Position numbers and translations under genes: made by a program. A DNA stretch of 64,000 bases, from positions 18,680 to 82,679 of the forward strand of contig JBAZWB010000003.1 of the NCBI GenBank assembly GCA_041660605.1, in the 5' to 3' direction. This DNA comes from Patescibacteria group bacterium (GTDB lineage: Bacteria > Patescibacteriota > Patescibacteriia > UBA10025 > JAHIVO01). Positions 56,990-64,000 of the stretch are shown one piece after another; position 1 is the stretch's first letter; every line of letters starts with the position of its first letter. The notes under the pieces were generated by a model. The model did no database searches. It was not told the origin of the DNA and was given only the letters and a program-made list of their open reading frames with translations.

Positions 56990-57601
56990 TTATTCTTCAA
57001 CCACCGGCAGCCCACCAAAATCCTCTTTCCGGATCTCTTTGTATAGCTTATTCCGGATCAGAGCAGGCTTACCGTCCCGCTCAACGACATAATAGGCAAA
57101 GCCGTGCATTTGTTCAACAAGTTCATAATCAGCATGGCCAGGCATGCCAGCCGGGTCTTGATCTCCGAAGTTAACCGGGCTGTTATCAGCAGTTACGAAA
57201 TAAGTCCTGCCAATATTGGCGAAAAGATGGCCAAGGCCTGGCGCCATATAAATTTCATCACCGGGTTTGACGATTTGCGCCTTAAACTCCTCGACGACAT
57301 CAGGAATCATGTTGCCCTGCTGGTCAGTGGCCAGTTTTTGCAATACGGCCACTCCCTCACCATAGGCAATCCAGTAGGTCTCATCAATCTGTCCAACATG
57401 ATAGTGACCATAGGTTTTGATGTATTCACCGCTGATCGTGCCTATTTCCCAGATAGTAATATTTCTTTGTTCCTTGCCACCGCGAATCATGTAGTAATGA
57501 TTGGCCGGTCCCGCGCCATCTGGGTCCATCAGCACTTCGATCATTTTCTCATGAATACGGGGGGCATAATGCTTGGCGACATTGGTGAAATCAATATTCA
57601 T
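56990..57601 (-). CDS. Cupin-type glucose-6-phosphate isomerase family protein
   Basis: EYIKTYGHYH..E.Y...G.G..LQ, PG.GH...N, ADY. Confidence 0.85.
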   Translation of the reverse strand: MNIDFTNVAKHYAPRIHEKMIEVLMDPDGAGPANHYYMIRGGKEQRNITIWEIGTISGEYIKTYGHYHVGQIDETYWIAYGEGVAVLQKLATDQQGNMIPDVVEEFKAQIVKPGDEIYMAPGLGHLFANIGRTYFVTADNSPVNFGDQDPAGMPGHADYELVEQMHGFAYYVVERDGKPALIRNKLYKEIRKEDFGGLPVVEE

Positions 57602-57614
57602 AGTTTATATAATA

Positions 57615-58739
57615 TTAATTAAGATATGTTTTTAAGACAACTGACGGTTTATTCGCCTGAAGCGAGTAGCCGGCTATTGAAGCTGGGACCAGGCAGCTGT
57701 GCCCTTGGCTAAGCCGCAGGCGGCCACCAGGGCAAACGACCTCAACCGCTCCGTCACGGACAAAGAGATGATGAAACGATCCATTGAGCATGAGATGTTT
57801 TATTTTTGTTATCTCAATAATATCAAGGCTGTAATGCTTTGTCGATAGTAATTGTTTACCCCTTGGCTTACTGAAAAAACTTTCTGGTACGTTTCTTGTC
57901 GGATCAGTATCTAAGAAATCAAAATAGTCATTGATTTGCAGTGGGCGGATAGTACCATCATCTTTTATCTTACCCTGATCAAAACATCTGATGGTTGAGG
58001 CCTCATCCATTTTATCTGCCTGGATTTCAAAAACCACGTTTCCTAACGGCGAGGCATCAGAATTGTCCTCCCACGAGTGGTGCAAACCGCCCGCCGAGAG
58101 ATCAACGAGCGAGTGTTTTGGTATGGGTACTATATTAACAAACTGCCAGGGATTTTCTTGGCGAACAAGCTCGTGGGCTTTTTTCCGCGCTTGTTCAATA
58201 GTTATCAATTTATCCAAAACCTGCCCGCTGAGTTGCTGCATGGCCTGATCAATTTTATTGCAAACCGCATGGTATCTGGCGACATCAATATTTGGTTGCA
58301 GGCCGAGTGTCGCCAACCCTGGCTCCAGGAAATACCAGGACTCCGGTTTTGGCTGCCAATGCGGGTGCTGAATGCCCGGTGGCACATGAAGCTGGAAAGA
58401 ATTGCCGAGCGCCTGAGTAAACTTTATAAGCAAAGACAAATTTGTCCGCCCTTCACCAAGGACAGCTTCAGGGTTTTGGGTAATTAAATCAGAGATTGAA
58501 ACCTTTTTAATTGATATGGCTGATCCCTCCGGCCCAAACCGTTCATCAGCAGAGTCGGTACAGTCAATTGCCAAAAAAGATTGGCCGGATAATTCGTAGC
58601 TCTGACCAATTTTTTTGCTTTTAAATTCAGGACGGTTATCCCAACCCTTTAATTGCGCAATAAATGAACCGCCCCAGGTGGGTTGTTCAATGAATTTCGG
58701 GATGATGAGATAGGGTTGGTTAAGAGGGTACATGATCAT
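57615..58739 (-). CDS. Type I mannose-6-phosphate isomerase-like cupin
   Basis: WGG, LLIK, SFQLH, KPESW, HS, EIQ and RCFD. Confidence 0.8.
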   Translation of the reverse strand: MIMYPLNQPYLIIPKFIEQPTWGGSFIAQLKGWDNRPEFKSKKIGQSYELSGQSFLAIDCTDSADERFGPEGSAISIKKVSISDLITQNPEAVLGEGRTNLSLLIKFTQALGNSFQLHVPPGIQHPHWQPKPESWYFLEPGLATLGLQPNIDVARYHAVCNKIDQAMQQLSGQVLDKLITIEQARKKAHELVRQENPWQFVNIVPIPKHSLVDLSAGGLHHSWEDNSDASPLGNVVFEIQADKMDEASTIRCFDQGKIKDDGTIRPLQINDYFDFLDTDPTRNVPESFFSKPRGKQLLSTKHYSLDIIEITKIKHLMLNGSFHHLFVRDGAVEVVCPGGRLRLSQGHSCLVPASIAGYSLQANKPSVVLKTYLN

Positions 58740-58889
58740 CAGAACTTAAAATTTTTTTGATTACCTCTGTATAAAACTCTCATTAATTGCCATTATTATA
58801 AAGCAAAGTGCCCGATAAATCAAATTGATTTTTTTACAAAATTATGTTATATTTAACGGGCAAATTAATATTTTTTCCGCAAAATTTAC

Positions 58890-59615
58890 ATGTCTGGCCA
58901 CTCAAAATGGACGCAAATAAAAAGACAAAAAGCGGTTACCGATAAAAGGAGAAGTGGCGTTTTTACAAAACTGGCCAACGCCATTACTATCGCTGCCAAA
59001 GAAGGGGGCGCTGATCCGGCCATGAATTTCCGGCTTCGTCTGGTCATTGAGAAAGGCAAAGAAGCCAACATGCCCAACGAAAACATTGAAAGGGCTATTA
59101 AACGCGGCAGCGGCGAACTGGACGGCGCCAGCATTGACGAGGTCATCTATGAAGGTTTTGGACCGCAGGGCGTAGCCGTAATTATTGAGGCGGCCACTGA
59201 CAGCAAAAACCGCACTACTTCTGATATTCGCAATATTCTCAATAAATACCAGGGCCATCTGGGCAATAGCGGCAGCGTCAAATGGATGTTTGAGCAAAAA
59301 GGCGCCATCAGAATCATTAAAAACCTAGTCAGCAACAAAGAAGAATTCGAATTGCAGATGATCGACGCTGGCGCTGAAGATATCCAGGAAGAAGAAGAGG
59401 GATTTACCATTGTAACTAAAGTTGGCGATTTGGGAAAAATACGCGATCTGCTTATAAAAATGAATATTAAGCCAGCCTCTTCAGAGATCGAATTCCTGCC
59501 AAAAACCAAAGTTGCCATTACCGGCGAAGAGGCAAAGGGCAAATTGAATAAAATTTTCGAGGAGCTTGAGGAGCTTGACGAGGTTAATAATTATTTTACC
59601 AATGCCAATCACTAA
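58890..59615 (+). CDS. yebC: YebC/PmpR family protein
   Basis: MSGHSKW..IK..K...D, N.RLR, YEGFGP.GVA, D.KNRT. Confidence 0.97.
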   Translation: MSGHSKWTQIKRQKAVTDKRRSGVFTKLANAITIAAKEGGADPAMNFRLRLVIEKGKEANMPNENIERAIKRGSGELDGASIDEVIYEGFGPQGVAVIIEAATDSKNRTTSDIRNILNKYQGHLGNSGSVKWMFEQKGAIRIIKNLVSNKEEFELQMIDAGAEDIQEEEEGFTIVTKVGDLGKIRDLLIKMNIKPASSEIEFLPKTKVAITGEEAKGKLNKIFEELEELDEVNNYFTNANH

Positions 59616-60099
59616 AAACTGCCAAACAATTTTGGGGATTGACCCGGGGTTTGCCATCACTGGCTATGGAGTGATAAAAAAGACGGGCAATCGGACAGAG
59701 ACCATCTGCAGCGGAGCCATCACCACTTCGACAAAAGAAGAATTCAGCGACAGGCTTTTCAAAATATACCAGGGCATTGAAAAAATTATCAAAAAATATA
59801 AACCCGATATTATGGCGGTAGAAGAGCTATTTTTCGCCAAGAATACGAAGACTGCCCTGAAAGTCGGGCAGGCGCGGGGCGTGGCTATTCTGGCCGGGGT
59901 AAAAAATAAACTGATCATAAAAGAATTTACGCCATTACAGGTCAAACAAGCCATTACCGGCTATGGTTTTGCCTCAAAAAATCAGATGCAGCTGATGATC
60001 AAACTGATCCTTAAGCTGAAAAAAACTCCAAAACCGGACGACGTGGCGGACGCCCTGTCCATCGCCGTCTGCTGCGGGCAGACAAAAGAATTCATATAA
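59602..60099 (+). CDS. ruvC: Holliday junction resolvase
   Basis: ILGIDPG...GYG, VEELFF.KN, GQARG, DD.ADAL; start at 59602. Confidence 0.96.
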   Translation: MPITKNCQTILGIDPGFAITGYGVIKKTGNRTETICSGAITTSTKEEFSDRLFKIYQGIEKIIKKYKPDIMAVEELFFAKNTKTALKVGQARGVAILAGVKNKLIIKEFTPLQVKQAITGYGFASKNQMQLMIKLILKLKKTPKPDDVADALSIAVCCGQTKEFI

Positions 60100-60101
60100 A
60101 T

Positions 60102-61184
60102 ATGACTACGCCCATAAATATCCAAAAAATAATTTCTACCTCAAAAGAGGTAATCAAAGGATGCGCGCTGGAAAACGGCGCCATTGTTGCCGCCAATACC
60201 GACAAGGCCTATTCCCCGAGAGAAGCAGCTGACTACCGTTATGTCTGGATACGCGACGCCGCTTTCGTCTGCGTGGCGGCTGAATATCTGAAACTGCCGA
60301 TCCAGGAAAACTTTTTCAATTGGGTCAATGATCGGCCGGAAGACTTCCACACCGACAAATTATTATACTCAAATTACTCAACCAACGGCCGTATTGCTAC
60401 CATGGGCAAGCAATTCCAGGCTGACCAGACCGGAATTTTACTTTGGGTCATCCATCATTATTTTAAAAAAGATTTAAAAAAAGCTTTAAAATTCAAAGAA
60501 TTAATCCAGCGTTTAGCGGACGGCCTGGCTTCCCAGTGGGACAAGGACCATTTTGTTACGCCGACTACGGATGTCTGGGAAATGCTAGAAAGGAAAACCT
60601 CCACCCGGCTGAAAAATAATTTTACCTACTCGCTGGCTGCCTGCGTCAGAGGCCTATTCTGCGCTAACGAAATTATTCCCAATCATTTATGGAAAGAAAC
60701 TGCCATGCAGATGACGCAGCAGATTGATGAAGCCTATCAAAAAGAAAAAAAATATTTTTTTCGCAACCAGGGAGTGATCTCCGATCCGAATATTGATGCT
60801 TCAATGCTCGGCCTGGTATACCCCTGTAAAATTTATGAGGCCGACGATGCCAGAATGATAAATACCGTCCAGAAGATCGAAGAAAATATCGTAGTCAAAG
60901 GAGGAGTGCATCGTTTCCAGTTTGATTACTTTGACAGTGAGGGATCAGCCCAGGAAGGCGGCGGCGCCTGGCCGGTATTAAATTGCTGGATGTCTATTTA
61001 CTACGCCATCAAGGGCAATAAAACCAAAGCGCACCAATACTTCGACTGGGTGGTAGAGAGATCAAAAAAATTTAACTACTACCTGCCGGAGCAGTATTTC
61101 GACGATATCCGCGTCGGCATTTATCCTCTGGCCTGGAGCCATGCCATGTTTGTCATCACCGCCCGCCATTTGGGGTATATTTAA
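60102..61184 (+). CDS. GH15 glucoamylase-like hydrolase
   Basis: YVWIRDA, Q.DQ, DVWE, LPEQ and PLAWSHA. Confidence 0.88.
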   Translation: MTTPINIQKIISTSKEVIKGCALENGAIVAANTDKAYSPREAADYRYVWIRDAAFVCVAAEYLKLPIQENFFNWVNDRPEDFHTDKLLYSNYSTNGRIATMGKQFQADQTGILLWVIHHYFKKDLKKALKFKELIQRLADGLASQWDKDHFVTPTTDVWEMLERKTSTRLKNNFTYSLAACVRGLFCANEIIPNHLWKETAMQMTQQIDEAYQKEKKYFFRNQGVISDPNIDASMLGLVYPCKIYEADDARMINTVQKIEENIVVKGGVHRFQFDYFDSEGSAQEGGGAWPVLNCWMSIYYAIKGNKTKAHQYFDWVVERSKKFNYYLPEQYFDDIRVGIYPLAWSHAMFVITARHLGYI

Positions 61185-61189
61185 AATTT

Positions 61190-62680
61190 ATGGTTAAAAT
61201 ATTTCGCATTGCCAGTATTACTTCCGAAGTCAGCCCTTATTCAAAAACTGGCGGCCTGGCCGATGTTACCAAGTCCCTGTCAAAAGCCCTGGCCAGCCTC
61301 GGACACAAGGTTTTTTTGATAACTCCGTATTATAAATTTATCAAAGAGCAAAATTTGAATCTGAAAGAAGCCGCCGTTTTTACCATTACGCTAGGCAAGG
61401 AAAAATACCCTATCTGCATAAAGTACCTTGATTTCAGCGAAAACCTGAAAATTTATTTTATCAATAATGAAAAGCTTTTTGGCTGCCGCGCGCGGGTTTA
61501 CGGATACGATGACGATAATCTGCGCTTCTTTATATTCAATATGGCGGCTCTCCGGCTGCTCGATAGCCAGAATCTGAAGCCTGACATCGTGCATGCCCAC
61601 GACTGGCAAGCCGGCACCGTACCCTATCTGATGAAAAAATACCTCAAACGCTACCCCAGCCTGAAGAAAGCCGCCACTCTTTTTACCATACATAATCTCA
61701 CTTTCCAGTCCTCCGGCGACTGGTGGCGCATACAGGAACATCACAAAGATGACGGTCTGACAGATCCTATTCGCCATCCGAATATCATTAAAACTTTGAA
61801 TTTTACCAAACGAGCCATCATGTACGCGGACGTCATCAATACCGTCAGCGAGCGTTATGCCGAAGAAATTACCACGCCGGAATTTGGCCAGGGGCTGGAT
61901 CGCTGTCTGCGGCACCGAAAAAATAACCTCTATGGCATAATTAACGGCATTGATTATACGGTGCACAATCCTGCCTATGATAATAATATTGAATATAAAT
62001 ATGACTGGAACAGCCTGCGCCGGAAAAAGAAGGACAAGCTGGCCCTGCAAAAAATCGTGGCTCTGGATAGAAACCCCGACATCCCATTAATAGGCGTAGT
62101 CAACCGTTTAACCGAGCAAAAGGGCTTTACTTTGATTATGGAAACGATTGAAACTTTGATGCGCCTACCTTTGCAGATTGTAATCGTCGGGGAGGGTTTT
62201 AAGGAATATGTTGCGTTTTTCAAAAAAGCAGCGCGGAAATACCCGAAAAAATTAGGCATCTACACGCCTTTTACCGAAGCGATGGAATCAAAAGTCTACG
62301 CCGGGTCAGATATGTTCCTGATGCCTTCGCGCTTCGAGCCCTGCGGCATCTCCCAGCTGAAAAGCCTGCGTTACGGTTCCATCCCCATTGTACATGAAAC
62401 CGGCGGGCTGTCGGACACGATTACGAATTTTAATGCAAAAACGCGCAAGGGCAATGGCTTCGTTTTCAGGCGGTTTACTACCATTGATTTCATCATCGCC
62501 CTGACGCGCGCCCTGGAAACCTACAAATACCCCCAAATCTGGGAATATTTAACCTGGCATGCCATGCAGCAGTCATATTCCTGGGAATTGCCGGCAAAAA
62601 AATACATCCAGCTCTTCAATGTGGCCATAAAAAATTTAAAATCAAGGAAAACTAATAAAGAGCTGCCTTATATCAAATAA
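61190..62680 (+). CDS. glgA: Glycogen synthase
   Basis: KTGGLADV, HAHDW, TIHN, GIINGID and PSRFEPCG. Confidence 0.95.
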   Translation: MVKIFRIASITSEVSPYSKTGGLADVTKSLSKALASLGHKVFLITPYYKFIKEQNLNLKEAAVFTITLGKEKYPICIKYLDFSENLKIYFINNEKLFGCRARVYGYDDDNLRFFIFNMAALRLLDSQNLKPDIVHAHDWQAGTVPYLMKKYLKRYPSLKKAATLFTIHNLTFQSSGDWWRIQEHHKDDGLTDPIRHPNIIKTLNFTKRAIMYADVINTVSERYAEEITTPEFGQGLDRCLRHRKNNLYGIINGIDYTVHNPAYDNNIEYKYDWNSLRRKKKDKLALQKIVALDRNPDIPLIGVVNRLTEQKGFTLIMETIETLMRLPLQIVIVGEGFKEYVAFFKKAARKYPKKLGIYTPFTEAMESKVYAGSDMFLMPSRFEPCGISQLKSLRYGSIPIVHETGGLSDTITNFNAKTRKGNGFVFRRFTTIDFIIALTRALETYKYPQIWEYLTWHAMQQSYSWELPAKKYIQLFNVAIKNLKSRKTNKELPYIK

Positions 62681-63901
62681 ATGTACTGGGCAAATTTTTT
62701 CCATATTTACCAGCCGCCAAACTGGTCTAAAGAAATTATCAAAAAAGTAGCCAAAGAAAGCTACCGCCCTTTGCTGAAAATTCTGAAAAAAAATCCAACC
62801 TTTAAAATCACGCTGAACCTCTCGGGTTCATTAACCGAACAGCTGGCTGATCAGGGTTATACCGACATTATTAATGACATAAAAAAACTGGCGGGCAGGC
62901 AGCAGATTGAAATGGTTGAGAGCGCCATGTACCATCCTATCCTCCCCTTGCTGCCGGAGGCGGAAATCATCAGGCAGATAAATTTAAATCATCACCAAAA
63001 TAAAAAGTATTTCGGTAAAAATTACCACCCTACAGGATTTTTTCCGCCGGAAATGGCCTTTAGTGAAAAAATGGGAAAAATCGTAGAGAAAATGGGATAT
63101 AAATGGATAATCGCCGATGAGATAGTGGCTTATGGGCAGCTGGGAAAAATATATTTTGATTCCGTATATAAAATTAAGGGGCAAAGAATCAAATTAGTTT
63201 TCCGCAACCGCTACTTAAGCGATTATATTTCCTTCCACAGCCAGATTAAAAAACCGGAGGATTTCTGGAAGCAGATTGCTATTGACGGCCGCAGCAAATT
63301 CTCAGTAATTACCGCGATGGACGGAGAAAATCTCGGCCACCACCGCAAAAAGTTGGATCTTTACTGGAAATTCCTGCTTAAATCAAACTATAAAAAAATA
63401 GTTACTGTCAGCGAGCTACTGAAAAAATACAAAAAAACGGAAATTATCACGCCCCACCCTGCCAGCTGGTCTTCACAGGAAGATGAATTAAAGCGGGGCG
63501 TGCCCTATGCGCTCTGGGAAGACAAGAATAACCCTATTCACTTCTATCAATGGAAGTTGCTCAATGAAGTAATTAAATTGGTAAATGACAACCGTCGGCA
63601 TGAAGAATACCCGCTGGCGCGTGCCATGCTTGACCAGGCGCTGGCTTCCGACCAATTCTGGTGGGCTTCGGCCAAACCCTGGTGGAGCCTGGATATTATC
63701 AGAGAAAAAATCGCGGAAATCGCCAGAATCCCTTCGATACTCCAAACTAAACCTGGTTCAATCGAAAAAACAGCGCTGAAAGTCGTAAACCTGGCGGAAC
63801 AATGGCAAAAAACCGGCAGATATAATAAAATTTCAGAGCAATATTTAAAAAGGTTTGATACGGTTCGGTATATCGGAGGCAAAAAGGTGGCCAGCCACTA
63901 G
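62681..63901 (+). CDS. GH57 family glycoside hydrolase
   Basis: HIYQP, ESY, YHPILPL, PPEMA, MDGENLGHH and SD.FWW. Confidence 0.9.
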   Translation: MYWANFFHIYQPPNWSKEIIKKVAKESYRPLLKILKKNPTFKITLNLSGSLTEQLADQGYTDIINDIKKLAGRQQIEMVESAMYHPILPLLPEAEIIRQINLNHHQNKKYFGKNYHPTGFFPPEMAFSEKMGKIVEKMGYKWIIADEIVAYGQLGKIYFDSVYKIKGQRIKLVFRNRYLSDYISFHSQIKKPEDFWKQIAIDGRSKFSVITAMDGENLGHHRKKLDLYWKFLLKSNYKKIVTVSELLKKYKKTEIITPHPASWSSQEDELKRGVPYALWEDKNNPIHFYQWKLLNEVIKLVNDNRRHEEYPLARAMLDQALASDQFWWASAKPWWSLDIIREKIAEIARIPSILQTKPGSIEKTALKVVNLAEQWQKTGRYNKISEQYLKRFDTVRYIGGKKVASH

Positions 63902-63960
63902 GAAGTTAGTAGTTAGCCACTGGTAAGTTAGTGATTAGTCAATTGATTGTTAGTTATTAG
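63895..63960 (+). repeat. Degenerate heptamer repeat (NNNTTAG)
   Basis: aagttag tagttag ccactgg aagttag tgattag ttgttag ttattag, upstream of an ATG at 63970. Confidence 0.6.
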
Positions 63961-64000
63961 TGAAAAAATATGGATGATAATATAAAAGAAAATAAATTGG

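Noticed and set aside
1-64000. Alternative genetic code (UGA=Gly as in Gracilibacteria/Absconditabacteria)
   Set aside because: Conserved genes are full length under the standard code, and TGA ends plausible genes (for example at 33639 and 34156)

Overview
A gene-dense bacterial chromosomal segment read in the standard genetic code, mostly on the + strand. It most likely comes from a Patescibacteria/CPR genome; this is inferred from TrbC/VirB2-like pilins next to an orphan solute-binding protein, GT-C glycosyltransferase clusters, AT-rich starts without Shine-Dalgarno (SD) sites and CPR-style hypothetical proteins. Bases 1-45 kb are accessory-type: small membrane proteins, two NUDIX enzymes, hutU, an FNR/ferric-reductase pair, an ABC-2 exporter, lipid-related enzymes, an sqdB-like gene, mgtA, a lone ACP, a dockerin-tagged PHP hydrolase and an OPT transporter. 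Bases 45-64 kb hold galU, the SBP-pilin cluster, four GT-C genes, cupin PGI/PMI, yebC-ruvC and glycogen genes. I saw no rRNA, tRNA, CRISPR array or intact transposase/integrase. The main unexplained signals are: (1) a free-standing ~300-nt structured RNA candidate at 786-1092; (2) a ~350-nt leader with terminator/antiterminator/anti-antiterminator logic upstream of a LysM-like gene; (3) a second class of self-contained genes (TTGACA promoter, SD, terminator), several bounded by direct repeats or REP-like hairpins, one next to a probable RAYT remnant; (4) a dockerin-bearing hydrolase flanked by a 35-bp direct repeat; (5) a pilin fused to about nine Cys-rich repeats. All calls come from motif recognition and hand base-pairing; no searches or folding programs were run.
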